Shown here: positions 10,633 to 22,242 of the stretch, in pieces
Position numbering within the stretch: the stretch's first letter is position 1
Layout of the letters: each line of letters starts with the position of its first letter
Translations under genes and position numbers: made by a program
The notes under the pieces: model-generated
What the model was told of the DNA's origin: nothing
The model's database searches: none
What the model saw: the letters and a program-made list of their open reading frames with translations, nothing else
From: Candidatus Poribacteria bacterium
GTDB taxonomy: Bacteria; Poribacteria; WGA-4E; PCPOR2b
Assembly: GCA_965198175.1 (NCBI GenBank)
Contig: OZ240245.1
Location: forward strand, 736,001-800,000
Direction: 5' to 3'
Length of the DNA stretch: 64,000 nucleotides

Positions 10633-10661
10633 TTGACAAAGCCAACTGCTTGATGTACACT
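10633..10661 (+). promoter_or_regulatory. sigma70-type promoter upstream of nadA
   Basis: TTGACA-17 nt-TACACT, ending about 133 nt before the nadA ATG. Confidence 0.6.
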
Positions 10662-10794
10662 CTAGCAGTTTAAGACGTATCAAAAGATTTGTGTCACCTT
10701 TAATGGAATACCAGTAGACATTCTCACAGCAGTTACGGCGCTCAAGAAAATATGGGGTGAAAAACCCCAAGAGTCTCGGGGGAAAAAAGAACTT

Positions 10795-11910
10795 ATGAAT
10801 GCCCAACCCACAGCGGGAAAAACTGACGATAGTATGCATATGGAAGAGCTTAGTCTTGAGGGAGTAAAAAATGAGCTCTACCAGAGACATCACCCGAGTT
10901 TAATGACTGTAGACATAGAGGCGCATGCAGAGACAGTCTACAGGATATTAAAACTCAAGAAAAAACACAACGTGTTAATGCTCGGCCACAATTACATGGA
11001 ACCGCTTGTGTTTGGTCTGTCTGAAACAGTGGAGCAGGGGGACTCGCTTGGATTAAGTGTGCACGCCGCGAAAACAGAAGCACCGTACATTATCTTTAAT
11101 GGTGTGCCGTTTATGGCGGAAACGGCAAAGATACTTAATCCGTCAAAGACAGTGCTTGTTGCTGATAAAACGGCTGGATGTTCATTGGCTGATAATTTCG
11201 GCGCAGAGGATGTCAAAAAATTGAAGGCGCTTTACCCTGGTGTCCCGGTTATGATTTACATCAACAGCTACGCTGACGCGAAAGCGGAATCAGACATCTG
11301 CTGTACATCTGCGAATGCTGCCAAGATTGCGAAGGCAATGCCGGGCAACGAGATTCTTTTTGTTCCCGACATTTTCTTCTCACAAAATTTAGAAGAAGAG
11401 CTCAAGGGAGAAAAAACCGTTCTGTATCCGGGCAAAGGCAATCAGGAGCCGGGCGCGGTGTGTGAGGTTCATGAAAGGTTCTCACTCGACGACCTGCTTG
11501 CGATACGAGAATCGTTCGACATACCTAAAGGTCATCCGGGCCGAATGCTATATGCGCATTGGGAATGCCGGCCAGAGGTACTTCATGAGGCGGACTATTA
11601 CGGAAGCACAAGCCAAATACGGAGGGATATCGCAAAGCGGGTGGAAGAAAACACATTGGAACGTGCCTTTATCGCATCGGAATGTGAATTAACCTCCAAC
11701 TTGGCGCAGGAATTTCCAACAATCCAGTTTTGGACCGCTTGTTCTGTACGTTGCTCGCACATGGCAAAAGTTTCGCTCGACAAGGTACTTCGTATTCTGG
11801 AAACTCTAGATAGCGGTAACGATTTAAGCCCCCATGAAGTTACGTTGAGCCCGGAGGTCATTGAGCAAGCGAGAACCCCTATTGAGCGGATGCTTGAAAT
11901 GAGTGTTTGA
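10795..11910 (+). CDS. nadA: Quinolinate synthase A
   Basis: 'GHNYM', 'GDSL', 'FMAETAKIL', three Fe-S Cys (AGCSLA, VCEVH, RCSHM), 'YINS', 'GSTS'. Confidence 0.92.
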   Translation: MNAQPTAGKTDDSMHMEELSLEGVKNELYQRHHPSLMTVDIEAHAETVYRILKLKKKHNVLMLGHNYMEPLVFGLSETVEQGDSLGLSVHAAKTEAPYIIFNGVPFMAETAKILNPSKTVLVADKTAGCSLADNFGAEDVKKLKALYPGVPVMIYINSYADAKAESDICCTSANAAKIAKAMPGNEILFVPDIFFSQNLEEELKGEKTVLYPGKGNQEPGAVCEVHERFSLDDLLAIRESFDIPKGHPGRMLYAHWECRPEVLHEADYYGSTSQIRRDIAKRVEENTLERAFIASECELTSNLAQEFPTIQFWTACSVRCSHMAKVSLDKVLRILETLDSGNDLSPHEVTLSPEVIEQARTPIERMLEMSV

Positions 11911-11945
11911 CATACTCCCAATCGATCTAATTTCCCGCCCAGACT

Positions 11946-12929
11946 TCACTCCGTATCTAAAGACTCGAGAATATTGGTGACAATACCATCCGTGTTGATG
12001 TCCGCTCCCTTACCCTCATAGTTCAAGAAAATGCGGTGGCGCAGAGCAGGAAGTGCAACGGATTGCACATCCTCAAAAGCTACGTTGTAGCGCTCGTCGA
12101 GCAACGCCTTAATCTTTGCTGTCAACGTGACTGCTTGTACCCCACGAATGCTCGCACCCAATCCGACGTACCGCTTGGTCATCTCTGGTGCATTGGGGTT
12201 ATCTGGGTGAGTCCATCGAATAAGTTCAATGATATACCGCTCCACATGTTCTACAATTGGCACGCGCCGGACCAACTGTCGCATCCATTGAATCGTCTGT
12301 GAATCAATCACCTTCTCGACAATAACTTCTCTATCCCATGTAGTCCGCCGCATAATCTCAAGCATTTCATCCGCATCTGGATAAGTCACATGAAGCTTAA
12401 ATAGAAATCGATCTAACTGGGCTTCTGGCAAAGGATACGTCCCCTCTAGCTCCAGCGGATTCTGCGTTGCGAGAACACAAAACGGTTCATCCAGTTTATG
12501 GCTTGTCCGCCCTACACTCACTGTCCGCTCCTGCATAGCTTCCAGCAAGGCGGATTGGGTTCGCGGCGTTGCTCGGTTAATCTCGTCTGCCAACACAATC
12601 TGCGCAAAAATGGGCCCCTTCTGAAATTCAAACTGTTTGCGCCCTTGCGCATTTTCGATAAGAAGCATCGTCCCTGTGATGTCGGATGGCATCATATCCG
12701 GCGTGAACTGAATCCGCGCAAAGGACATACTCAACACTTCGCTTAACGTATGTATTAGTTGCGTTTTGCCCAAGCCGGGGACGCCTTCAAGAAGTGCATG
12801 TCCGTCGGCGAGCAGGCACAGTAATACCCCTTCGATGATTTCGTCCTGCCCAACAATGCGCTTCTGGACCTCTGCCTTAACGCGGTTGAAGTTTTCTCGG
12901 AATTTTTGTACTTGAGCTTCAGTCTGCAT
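11946..12929 (-). CDS. MoxR-family AAA+ ATPase
   Basis: 'EGVPGLGKT', 'RIQFTPD', 'LADEINR', 'EGTYPLPEAQLDRF'. Start moved to ATG 12929 (MQTEAQ). Confidence 0.92.
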   Translation of the reverse strand: MQTEAQVQKFRENFNRVKAEVQKRIVGQDEIIEGVLLCLLADGHALLEGVPGLGKTQLIHTLSEVLSMSFARIQFTPDMMPSDITGTMLLIENAQGRKQFEFQKGPIFAQIVLADEINRATPRTQSALLEAMQERTVSVGRTSHKLDEPFCVLATQNPLELEGTYPLPEAQLDRFLFKLHVTYPDADEMLEIMRRTTWDREVIVEKVIDSQTIQWMRQLVRRVPIVEHVERYIIELIRWTHPDNPNAPEMTKRYVGLGASIRGVQAVTLTAKIKALLDERYNVAFEDVQSVALPALRHRIFLNYEGKGADINTDGIVTNILESLDTE

Positions 12930-13047
12930 AATAGATGAGTGGCTAAAGGCAATAACTTCTGAATTCCCGTTAAGTAAAATATTGAGAGTGTCTAACCGAT
13001 AGATTATAGCATCTATCGCTTTAATGAGCTTGTGCTGAAACCTTGAT

Positions 13048-14583
13048 TCACTTCCTCCATAACTCCGGTGCGAATAATACCAATACGGTGTACAGCTCCA
13101 GGCGCCCCAATAACATGCAAAAACTGAGGATAAATTTCCCAAACGGGTGGATATGCGCGTAATTGTCCGCGGGCCCTACAGATCCAAAACCGGGACCGAT
13201 GTTCCCCATCGTAGCAATAACCGACGCCGCCGCACTAGCGAGATCCATGCCCAACGTTGCCATGATGCAAGTGGCAATCGTGAAAATTCCAACGAAAAGG
13301 AAGAAAAACCCTAGGATATTCGTCATGACCTCCGGCGGAACAACTCTATCATTGAGTTTAACAGGAAGCACGGCGTGTGGGAGTATTAACCGTTTTATCT
13401 CTGTGTGCCCCTGTTTAATGAGCAGCAGAAAGCGCACATGCTTGATCCCACCCCCTGTTGAACCAGCGCACCCACCGAAAAACATCAGTACAATTAAGAT
13501 GAATCGGGACAAGTAGGGCCACTGTTCAAAATCGGCAGTGCCGTATCCAGTCGTCGTGATAATGGATACTACTTGAAAAGCGGCGTAGCGCAGCGCTGTG
13601 CCAAACGAACCGTAGACAACCTCGTCACCAACTTTGGTGCTCGTTGTATTCCAGACAATCAGCCCTGTACAGAGAATGAACATGAGGCAGTAAAACCGAA
13701 ACTCTGCATCTCGGAGGTAGCCTTTGAAATCACCACGTAAAGCCCGATAGTGTAAGGAAAAGCTCGCTCCAGCAAGGAACATGAAGATGATGATGACAAC
13801 ATCAATATAAACGCTGTCGTAATGGCCAATGCTCGCATTTTTGGTTGCGAAGCCGCCGGTGGCCATTGTGCCGAAGGCGTGGCAGAATGCATTAAATAAC
13901 GCTTCACCCGTAGTTTCACGAAGTTCAGGCGCAACAAACTTTGTTGCGCCAATCCAGAGAAGGATGACTTCTACAAGCGTAATCAGAACATAAACCACCC
14001 AAAGCAGTTTGGCAGTTTGTGCGATGCGCGGTGTCAATCGATCCTTACTAGGACCTGGAACTTCAGCGCGATAAAGCTGCATCCCACCGACTCCTAACAT
14101 AGGTAAAATCGCTAGCGCAAGCACAACGATACCCATTCCGCCAAGCCAATGCATCAAGCTTCGCCAGAAAAGAATGGCATGGGGAAGATGCTCGATTTCG
14201 GTGAGAACGGTTGCTCCAGTCGTTGTGAACCCCGACATGGATTCAAAGTAGCAAAACGAAAATTCGACTAGCCAAGTTCGCTCCGCTTCCTCGAACACAC
14301 GGCGAAAAAAATAGGGGAACGACCCAAACAGAGCGATAACCGCCCAACCTAATGTGACTACTGCAAACCCTTCTTTGTTTCCTAGCTCTTGACCGGATCT
14401 AGTCCTCAACCGAAGCGCTAGTCCAACGAGGAGAGTGATTAGAAAAGAATAGATAAAAGCTCGTAAATCTGATTCGCCATTTGCCGATTGATAGTACACA
14501 GCTATCAACAACGGACATAGCATCGTTGCGGCAAGACAAATCAGTAAATTGCCAAGCGTATACAGAACTAATCTTAAATTCAC
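13048..14583 (-). CDS. trkH: Trk potassium uptake membrane protein
   Basis: Four pore loops SGFTTTG, TMATGGF, SIITTTGY, TMGNIGPG; 'GCAGSTGGGIK'. Confidence 0.93.
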   Translation of the reverse strand: MNLRLVLYTLGNLLICLAATMLCPLLIAVYYQSANGESDLRAFIYSFLITLLVGLALRLRTRSGQELGNKEGFAVVTLGWAVIALFGSFPYFFRRVFEEAERTWLVEFSFCYFESMSGFTTTGATVLTEIEHLPHAILFWRSLMHWLGGMGIVVLALAILPMLGVGGMQLYRAEVPGPSKDRLTPRIAQTAKLLWVVYVLITLVEVILLWIGATKFVAPELRETTGEALFNAFCHAFGTMATGGFATKNASIGHYDSVYIDVVIIIFMFLAGASFSLHYRALRGDFKGYLRDAEFRFYCLMFILCTGLIVWNTTSTKVGDEVVYGSFGTALRYAAFQVVSIITTTGYGTADFEQWPYLSRFILIVLMFFGGCAGSTGGGIKHVRFLLLIKQGHTEIKRLILPHAVLPVKLNDRVVPPEVMTNILGFFFLFVGIFTIATCIMATLGMDLASAAASVIATMGNIGPGFGSVGPADNYAHIHPFGKFILSFCMLLGRLELYTVLVLFAPELWRK

Positions 14584-14757
14584 AGCATCAGGGGCAGCTT
14601 ATACCATTTTGCCTTTATGTAGCTAAAGAATGTAGAAAAAACTGTCAAGCTTGGCTTCATTAACAAAACAGTATTGCGGAATCAATGTTTGAGATTACAT
14701 CAAAATGATTGTATGGGCGAATCAACCAACCAAGATGTTACGTTTTATATTTCGTCT

Positions 14758-16137
14758 TTACTTTTCTGAGAACAACGCTTCAACAGCAGGGATTGCATGT
14801 GGTAAACTGAAGACAATGACGCGATCTCCCACTTGAATCACGAGGTCACCTGTCGGAACAAAAACTCGATCGCGCCGAACAATCGCTCCGATTAAAGCGT
14901 CATCGGGCAATTTCAAAGAGTCAATCTCTTTGTGGGTAACTCTTGAGTTGATTCCCGCAACAAGTTCGATGGCTTCCGCGTCAACCTCTCGCAACGATGC
15001 AGCGGAAATAACTGGACCTCGGCGAATCAGACGGAGGCTGTTGTTGACTGCATTTAGGTGGAGACTCACCGCCGCATCAAGCGTCGGAATAGCAGCAAGG
15101 ATTGGCAAGTAACGTGGCTTTTGGACCAGCGCAATGACACGAGCAGCTCCATTCTGCTTGGCTGTTACACACGCCATAATATCATTTTCATCATCACCTG
15201 TTACAGAGACAAATCCATCTGCTTCGTTGACACCGGCTTGCTCTAGGAAACCGGGCTGGAGGTAATTGCCGTGGAGGAGCGTGGTTTTTTTCAAAATGGT
15301 TGACGCAGCTTCTGCCTGCCGCCGATCTGACTCAATCATTTTGACTTGAACTCCGCCCTTTTCGAGGGCGTCCGCCAGATATATACCAATTCGCCCAGCA
15401 CCAACGATTATTACGCGCTTGAGGTTTCGATCCAAGGACACACCGGAAAGTTGAAGCAGGTGCATAACTGCTTCACGACTGCCAATTGCGAAGACCTCAT
15501 CTCCTACAAGGATGAGGTCTTGCCCTTTGGGAATTATTGTCGTGCCATCCTTACGTTTAATCGCCGTGAATAGTATATTGGACGCGAGTTTTTTATTTCC
15601 CCAAGCTACGCCTTCCCTACCGATATGATTCAGAGTTTTGCCCTGAAGCGGATTGGAGGCTGTCACCTGAAATGCGACCAACTGGACTTTACCGTCTCCA
15701 AATTCGACGATTTCACGAGCTTCCGGCATATTGAGCAGTCGCAGAAGTTCTTGCGCGCAGAGTAGGTCCGGATTAATTAGCAGGTCAATTCCGAAATCTT
15801 TTGGCGATAAGTCTGCTTTGTCCGCGAAGTAATCCGGAGAGGAGACTCGCGCTACCTTCGTCTCAACTCCGTGTTTAGAAGCAATCAGACATGCGAGTAA
15901 GTTAATTTCATCGCAGCTCGTTGCGGCAATAAGTAACTCAGCGTCTTGGATTCCAGCCTGCTTTAATAAGCGGGGAGAAGCCCCTGAACCTTGGAGTGTC
16001 AAGAGATCTAGTTGTTCCTGAGCACGCCGGCAAGCAGCTTCTGAATGATCAATCAGAACAACGTCATTATTCTCTGCCGTCAACAGTTTTGCCGCATGAA
16101 ATCCGAATTCCCCCACACCAATGACAATCGCTTTCAT
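14758..16137 (-). CDS. trkA: Trk potassium uptake NAD-binding subunit
   Basis: Two RCK_N Rossmann motifs (GVGEFG, GAGRIG) each followed by an RCK_C domain; upstream of trkH. Confidence 0.92.
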   Translation of the reverse strand: MKAIVIGVGEFGFHAAKLLTAENNDVVLIDHSEAACRRAQEQLDLLTLQGSGASPRLLKQAGIQDAELLIAATSCDEINLLACLIASKHGVETKVARVSSPDYFADKADLSPKDFGIDLLINPDLLCAQELLRLLNMPEAREIVEFGDGKVQLVAFQVTASNPLQGKTLNHIGREGVAWGNKKLASNILFTAIKRKDGTTIIPKGQDLILVGDEVFAIGSREAVMHLLQLSGVSLDRNLKRVIIVGAGRIGIYLADALEKGGVQVKMIESDRRQAEAASTILKKTTLLHGNYLQPGFLEQAGVNEADGFVSVTGDDENDIMACVTAKQNGAARVIALVQKPRYLPILAAIPTLDAAVSLHLNAVNNSLRLIRRGPVISAASLREVDAEAIELVAGINSRVTHKEIDSLKLPDDALIGAIVRRDRVFVPTGDLVIQVGDRVIVFSLPHAIPAVEALFSEK

Positions 16138-16217
16138 ACTAGTTCAAATTTCCGTTGAGATTTAAGGCATTTCAAGTTTTGAAATCTCCAGGTAGGCTCC
16201 GTTGAATGCCCTAAAAT

Positions 16218-19151
16218 CTACATGGGTGGACAGGCGCAAATCAGATTACGGTCTCCGAGTACCTCATTTATCCGCGCCACGGGGGGCCAAAATTTACGCT
16301 CGCAAGTCCACGCCGCAGGAAATGCTGCCTTTTCTCGAGAATATCTGTGAGTCCACTCTGTCTGCGTGACGTGTTTCGCAGTGTGGGGGGCATTTTTGAG
16401 TACATTGTCGGAGCGGTCTACTGTACCAGCCTCAATTTCGGCGATTTCTTGCCGGATAGCGATCAGCGCTTCGCCAAACCGATCCAATTCCGCCTTAGAC
16501 TCACTCTCAGTCGGTTCAATCATCATTGTTTCGGGAACGGGCCACGACACAGTAGGCGCGTGAAAACCGTAGTCCATCAGGCGTTTTGCAACGTCACTCA
16601 CACCAACACCGGTAGTTTTCTTGAAGTCACGAAGGTCAATGATACACTCGTGCCCCACCAAGCCTTTCTCTCCTTTGTAAAGTACTGAGTAATGCGGTTC
16701 AAGAGATTTCGCGACATAGTTCGCATTCACAATCGCAACTTCCGTTGCCCGCTTTAATCCTTGGGCTCCCATCATTGCAATGTATGCCCAAGAGATTGGA
16801 AGGATACTCGCACTACCCCAAGGCGCAGCTGAAATTGCACCTATACCATCTTCACCACCAACTGTCACCACGGGATGGGTTGGGAGAAAACGAACAAGAT
16901 GCGCCTCAACGCCGATAGGCCCCGCTCCAGGACCACCCCCGCCGTGAGGAATACAAAAAGTCTTGTGCAGATTCAAATGGCACACGTCTGGACCGAAATC
17001 TCCCGGACGAGACAGCCCCACCATTGCATTCATATTAGCCCCATCCATGTAGACCTGCCCACCGTGCTGATGAACGATGTCGCAAATGTCTCGAATCGGT
17101 TCTTCAAAAACTCCGTGGGTTGAAGGGTAAGTGATCATCGCTGCTGCAAGATTTCGATGGTGTTCCTCACTCTTCGCCCGAAGATTTGCAAGATCGATAT
17201 TGCCATCGGCATCGCACGTCACCACCACCACTCGCATTCCTGCCATCACTGCGCTTGCAGGGTTTGTGCCATGGGCAGATTCAGGAATCAAACAAACGTC
17301 TCGATGTCCTTCGCCCTGGCGCTGATGATATTTTCGGATGACCAAGAGTCCTGCGTACTCGCCCTGAGATCCCGCGTTGGGCTGTAGGGAGATACCGGGG
17401 AATCCTGTGATTTCGGAAAGCCACGCTTCAAGTTGCTTAAAGAGGATTTGGTATCCCTTCGCTTGTTCAAGCGGGGCAAACGGGTGAAGATGGCTGAACT
17501 CGGGCCAAGTGACCGGGAACATTTCAGCGGTTGCATTCAGTTTCATCGTGCAAGATCCGAGCGGAATCATCGACGTTGTCAAGGACAGATCTTTTTCCTG
17601 AAGCTTCTGGATGTACCGCAGCATCTCCGTCTCGGAATGATAGGTATTAAAAGTTCGATGGGTAAGATAGGGACTCTTTCGCCGTAATGGCTTAGGAATG
17701 TGGTGGAGATCCTGAGGTTTGATTGGGAACTTTGTGAATTGTATATCAATTAAATCTTCGACTTCGAAGGGAAGATTTTTTCCGAGTGCGAATACTTCGA
17801 GAAGATCTCGAACATCCCGAAGGGAGATTGCTTCATCGAGTGAAATACCGACATGCGTGCAATCAAGAACTCGAAAAGTAATCTGTTTTGCACGCGCTGC
17901 GGACAAAAGATCTTTGAGATTGACAGAATTCAGATTGACCCTGAGTGTATCAAAATAAGGGGTGTCACCGGCTGAGTATCCTAACCGCTTCAATCCTTCA
18001 CGGAGTGCGCCCGTAAGCAGATGTACGCGTTCTGCAATTCGCCGAAGTCCTTTGGGCCCATGATAAACAGCGTACATACTCGCCATCACTGCCAACAACA
18101 CTTGCGCCGTGCAGATATTGCTTGTTGCTTTTTCTCTCCGGATGTGCTGCTCCCGGGTCTGGAGTGCGAGACGAAGTGCAAGACGTCCTTCTGAATCCTC
18201 TGAAACCCCCACCATTCTGCCTGGTGTCTTACGCTTAAATTCTTCTTTGGTTGCGAAGTATGCTGCGTGAGGACCACCATATCCCATCGGTATGCCAAAC
18301 CGCTGGGTAGATCCGACAGCAATGTCCGCGCCGAATTCGCCTGGAGGCGTCAAAAGCGTAAGACTCAGCACATCTGCAGCCACTACCAACAATCCATTCG
18401 CATCGTGGACCCGTTGAGCAAAATCGGCATAGTCATAAACCACACCATCGCTTGCAGGGTATTGGACAAGCGCCCCCAAAATTGGCGCAGGTCCAAACGT
18501 AGCGTCCCGATGGTCGCCAATTAGGAGCTCAATCCCCTGAGGTTCCGCACGGGTCTGAAGGACAGAGATTGTTTGGGGGTGACACGTCTTTGAGACAAAA
18601 AATAGCCGCCTCGCATTGGGCTTTTGCACAGCAAGGCACATCCCCATCGCTTCAGCAGCTGCTGTACTTTCATCTAAAAGCGAGGCGTTCGCAATGGGGA
18701 GTCCGGTCAGGTCGATTACCATCGTCTGGAAGTTTAGCAAAGCTTCGAGTCGGCCTTGCGCAATCTCCGCCTGATATGGTGTGTACTGCGTGTACCACCC
18801 AGGATTTTCAAGGATGTTTCTCTGGATAACGAGTGGGGTAATGCTATTGTGATAGCCCATTCCGACAAAACATCGATACACCTCGTTCAGAGAAGCAATT
18901 TTTCTCAACGCCTCAAGGACTTCATACTCGGTCTGACTCTTACCGAGATTTAGAGATCGATTTAGACGGATATCCGCGGGTACAATATCTTCAATCAGAT
19001 TGTGGAGTGAAGCGTACCCAATCTTTTCTAGCATCAGATTTACTTCTTCCACACGAGGCCCAATATGGCGGTCAACAAAATTGTCTGTGAAATTGAGGCG
19101 TTGAATTGCCTGACACTCATCGGCATTTGAAGTAGAGGTCATCTCATACAT
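16218..19151 (-). CDS. gcvP: Glycine dehydrogenase (decarboxylating), P protein
   Basis: '[17 protein letters not shown]', '[10 protein letters not shown]', '[10 protein letters not shown]', PLP lysine in 'LHKTF'. Start overlaps the gcvH stop. Confidence 0.96.
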   Translation of the reverse strand: MYEMTSTSNADECQAIQRLNFTDNFVDRHIGPRVEEVNLMLEKIGYASLHNLIEDIVPADIRLNRSLNLGKSQTEYEVLEALRKIASLNEVYRCFVGMGYHNSITPLVIQRNILENPGWYTQYTPYQAEIAQGRLEALLNFQTMVIDLTGLPIANASLLDESTAAAEAMGMCLAVQKPNARRLFFVSKTCHPQTISVLQTRAEPQGIELLIGDHRDATFGPAPILGALVQYPASDGVVYDYADFAQRVHDANGLLVVAADVLSLTLLTPPGEFGADIAVGSTQRFGIPMGYGGPHAAYFATKEEFKRKTPGRMVGVSEDSEGRLALRLALQTREQHIRREKATSNICTAQVLLAVMASMYAVYHGPKGLRRIAERVHLLTGALREGLKRLGYSAGDTPYFDTLRVNLNSVNLKDLLSAARAKQITFRVLDCTHVGISLDEAISLRDVRDLLEVFALGKNLPFEVEDLIDIQFTKFPIKPQDLHHIPKPLRRKSPYLTHRTFNTYHSETEMLRYIQKLQEKDLSLTTSMIPLGSCTMKLNATAEMFPVTWPEFSHLHPFAPLEQAKGYQILFKQLEAWLSEITGFPGISLQPNAGSQGEYAGLLVIRKYHQRQGEGHRDVCLIPESAHGTNPASAVMAGMRVVVVTCDADGNIDLANLRAKSEEHHRNLAAAMITYPSTHGVFEEPIRDICDIVHQHGGQVYMDGANMNAMVGLSRPGDFGPDVCHLNLHKTFCIPHGGGGPGAGPIGVEAHLVRFLPTHPVVTVGGEDGIGAISAAPWGSASILPISWAYIAMMGAQGLKRATEVAIVNANYVAKSLEPHYSVLYKGEKGLVGHECIIDLRDFKKTTGVGVSDVAKRLMDYGFHAPTVSWPVPETMMIEPTESESKAELDRFGEALIAIRQEIAEIEAGTVDRSDNVLKNAPHTAKHVTQTEWTHRYSREKAAFPAAWTCERKFWPPVARINEVLGDRNLICACPPM

Positions 19152-19552
19152 CACTCTCTCTCCCCTTCGACCAGTGTCCGGTATTCATTAGGGGACAGGA
19201 GGTTTTCCAACTCGTCCGGATTGCTCATCCAAATCTTAATCAGCCAACCTAAGCTGTAAGGGTATTCGTTTATTAACTCCGGCGCATTTTCGAGTTCTTC
19301 ATTCACCTCAATAATTTCGCCGCTGACCGGTGTACAGAGATTAAATGCTGCTTTAACGGATTCAATGACACCAAACTCCTTTTCCGAATCTGCGACTACA
19401 CCGACCTCTGGAAGCTCAACGTAGACGACGTCTTGGAGTTCTTCTTGTGCGTAGTCACTAATGCCGACAATGACAATATCGCCTTCGCGCCTTGCCCATT
19501 CGTGGGTCTCGCGGTATTTTAGGTCTTCCGGATATTTTTGTTCCTCTGACAT
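19151..19552 (-). CDS. gcvH: Glycine cleavage H protein
   Basis: 'THEW', lipoyl lysine in 'ESVKAA'. Confidence 0.95.
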   Translation of the reverse strand: MSEEQKYPEDLKYRETHEWARREGDIVIVGISDYAQEELQDVVYVELPEVGVVADSEKEFGVIESVKAAFNLCTPVSGEIIEVNEELENAPELINEYPYSLGWLIKIWMSNPDELENLLSPNEYRTLVEGERE

Positions 19553-19561
19553 CTTAACTCC

Positions 19562-20659
19562 TCAATCAGGTTGATAAAACGGGGTACGTACAACCTTCGC
19601 CGGATAGCGTTTCCCTCGGATTTCGATATCGATTCTCGTGTTAATTTTGCTTTGCTCGATTGGAAGATACGCAAGCCCAATATTGCATTTCAAACTCGGC
19701 GATGGCAGTCCACTTGTGACTGCCCCGATGTGTTGGTTTTTGTGATAAACCGGGTAGTGAGGGCGTGCAACACTGCGATTCAACATCTGAAACCCAACCA
19801 AGCGGCGTTTAATTCCTTCATTACGTTGCTTAATTAGCGCATCTCGACCTATGAAATCCCTCTTGTCGAAGGAGATTGTCCAATCTAATCCCGCCTCCAG
19901 CGGCGTTGTCGTCTCGTTGATGTCGTTTCCGTACAAACAATACTTCATCTCAAGGCGCAATGTGTCCCTCGCGCCCAATCCAACGGGTTTACCACCAATC
20001 CTAGCCATTGCTTCATAGATGGCATTCCACAAATCTGCACCGCAACCGGTCTTCGCATAAAGCTCGAAACCAACCTCACCTGTATACCCTGTCCGTGAAA
20101 TAATCGTCGGTATACCAGCAACTTCTCCTTCTGTGAACCAGAAGTATTTGAGCGTCGTGAGTTCGATATTGGTAAGCTTTCGGAGAACTTTCGGAGCGTT
20201 TCGTCCTTGCAGCGCAATAAGAACAGTTTCATTGCTTCGGTTCTCAATTTCTGCACCGGTGTCATTGTGATCGCATATCCACTCAAAATCCACCCCAATG
20301 TTCGAAGCATTGACAACAAGCATATACCGATCAGCCCGGAAACGATAGATTACTACATCATCAACAATACCGCCGGTGCCATTACACATCGGGGTATAGA
20401 GAATCCGCCCATCAAAGAGTTTGCGTTCTGCGTCATTGGTGATGAGTTTCTGAATCAGCGGCAAGGCGCCAGCACCTCGAATTTCAATCTCTCCCATGTG
20501 TGAAAGATCGAATATTCCCATGTTGGATCTGACTGTTAAGTGTTCATCAATTATGCCACTATATTGGACGGGCATCTCCCAACCACCAAATTCAATTAGC
20601 CTCACGCCAAGTTGTTTGTGAATGTGGTAGAGCGGTGTGCGTTTCAGGCTTTCTTGCAT
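19562..20659 (-). CDS. gcvT: Glycine cleavage aminomethyltransferase T
   Basis: 'FGGWEMPVQY', 'FDLSHMG', 'SRTGYTGE', 'GLGARDTLRLE'. Confidence 0.96.
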   Translation of the reverse strand: MQESLKRTPLYHIHKQLGVRLIEFGGWEMPVQYSGIIDEHLTVRSNMGIFDLSHMGEIEIRGAGALPLIQKLITNDAERKLFDGRILYTPMCNGTGGIVDDVVIYRFRADRYMLVVNASNIGVDFEWICDHNDTGAEIENRSNETVLIALQGRNAPKVLRKLTNIELTTLKYFWFTEGEVAGIPTIISRTGYTGEVGFELYAKTGCGADLWNAIYEAMARIGGKPVGLGARDTLRLEMKYCLYGNDINETTTPLEAGLDWTISFDKRDFIGRDALIKQRNEGIKRRLVGFQMLNRSVARPHYPVYHKNQHIGAVTSGLPSPSLKCNIGLAYLPIEQSKINTRIDIEIRGKRYPAKVVRTPFYQPD

Positions 20660-21214
20660 AATGTGTTGAGCTTAGAAAAAAAACGAAATCTTCTCCAGAG
20701 CCTATTTGAAAAGTCCATATCCGTCTTCGAGAGAGGCTATTCTGGGGAAAATGCCCTGAAAATCCGATGATTTTCATCTGTACCTATCCAAACGGTGCTT
20801 AGGTCCGCGGGGTGAGGAATTGCGCATCCCAAAGCACGCAGGACAATCTTTATTGTTCGATAACTTCCTGATTTTGCAGTTCTGGTTGTCTGTAGGTCAA
20901 GATAACGACAACCTTCCCGCCCGCTTCATCTTCAAAGATTAATTACTTTGCTAAATCCAGCTTCCATTCTTGTGACGAAAAAGTCTTGAAACAGGACTCA
21001 AAGTTACCGTACCGAAAAATCTCCTTTTATACGTGAATCGGGCATTTTGATGTCGATGTTTGACACTTCTGTCAGCGTTTCTTCAGGCAGCCGGAAAATC
21101 TGTTCCTCACGGAACTCGGTGATTGTGACTGTTTCAATAGGTTGAATCAACGCCCCCATTTGACTCGCGCCTTGCAGTTTCAGTCAAAATACAGGTTCGT
21201 GGCATTGATTATCA

Positions 21215-22213
21215 CTACTCCTTGGCAATAAGTTCGGCTTGCGTAGAATTGACGACGGTTGCGTTTTCGTGCAGGTAGCCTTGATAAACTTCGTAAGCCC
21301 CCCTTGCATCAGATTCTGTTTCATACTGGATGACAAATGCGATCATCGCGTGGGACCAATCTGGAGTGGAGGATTTCTGAGGATACATCGCCGAAACGCC
21401 GGAAGAGTTCGCTCCGAATTTTAGCACATTCTCAGGAAGGAAGCGATAAGTCTCTCTTAACAGCGAGTCAGATAGGAAGTATTTCGCGCTATACCGCACT
21501 TGATTGCTTTGGGGAAGTAACTTCAGTAGGAGCGGGTTTGGGTCTGGTGCATCTTTGATGTGGTTGGCAATCACTCTGGCAAGCACCTTCATGCCGTCTT
21601 TAATCGCACTGGCAAACTCATATCCTTCAATCTGTATGAAGTATTTCCCCTTACAAAATGTGAGCTGATCGCCCGAGAGGATTGCTTTGCTACCGACCCA
21701 CTCGTGCCGATCTTGGGGGTAGCGATCAAAGCTATAGCGTCCAAAGGCATTCTCCGGTGTTTCCATGTCGAAGATCTCCACCAGGATCAGGGGTTTCGAT
21801 CCAAGCTTGGGGGTTTGATACTCAACATTTGCCCCTTCGACAAATCCATAGGAATGATACAATCCAGCGTTTCCACCGATGACATCTTTATACAGATGTT
21901 GACCCGTATAGGTACTCGGTTCCCGTGAGCGCACCCAATCGGCTGCTTCCCCATTTTTTGGCAAGAGATTTTTTGATTTGACGATTGTGATTATTGGAAG
22001 CCGCTTAATTTGGGGAGATTCTACCGCGCATGCAGTCGCGATTTGGCGTGAGAGGTTCTCTGCCGCTTTGGCCGTATGGGCATGCCAAACTCCATAAAGG
22101 TAGTGGCCGTTATGATTGACTGCTGTGTAATTGCCCTGGTCTGCACGGCATGAGAGAAAGATTAATGCGTAAACGGTATGAAAAAACCAGAGATACTGCC
22201 ACCGCTTTCCCAT
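21215..22213 (-). CDS. Putative lipoprotein, DUF6599-like
   Basis: Hydrophobic N-terminus with lipobox-like 'FLSC'; 'VEIFDMETPENAFGRYS...FCKGKYFIQI' resembles DUF6599. Start may extend to 22249. Confidence 0.55.
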   Translation of the reverse strand: MGKRWQYLWFFHTVYALIFLSCRADQGNYTAVNHNGHYLYGVWHAHTAKAAENLSRQIATACAVESPQIKRLPIITIVKSKNLLPKNGEAADWVRSREPSTYTGQHLYKDVIGGNAGLYHSYGFVEGANVEYQTPKLGSKPLILVEIFDMETPENAFGRYSFDRYPQDRHEWVGSKAILSGDQLTFCKGKYFIQIEGYEFASAIKDGMKVLARVIANHIKDAPDPNPLLLKLLPQSNQVRYSAKYFLSDSLLRETYRFLPENVLKFGANSSGVSAMYPQKSSTPDWSHAMIAFVIQYETESDARGAYEVYQGYLHENATVVNSTQAELIAKE

Positions 22214-22242
22214 TCGTGGATTTCCGCATTTCCGCTCACAAT

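Noticed and set aside
12930..13142. N-terminal extension of MoxR in the ORF track
   Set aside because: Overlaps the trkH 3' end and is not MoxR-like; ATG 12929 gives a normal length.
20660..20800. Glycine riboswitch upstream of gcvT
   Set aside because: Only CTCTGGAGA matches; the CCGAAG and CTCAGG aptamer elements are not visible.
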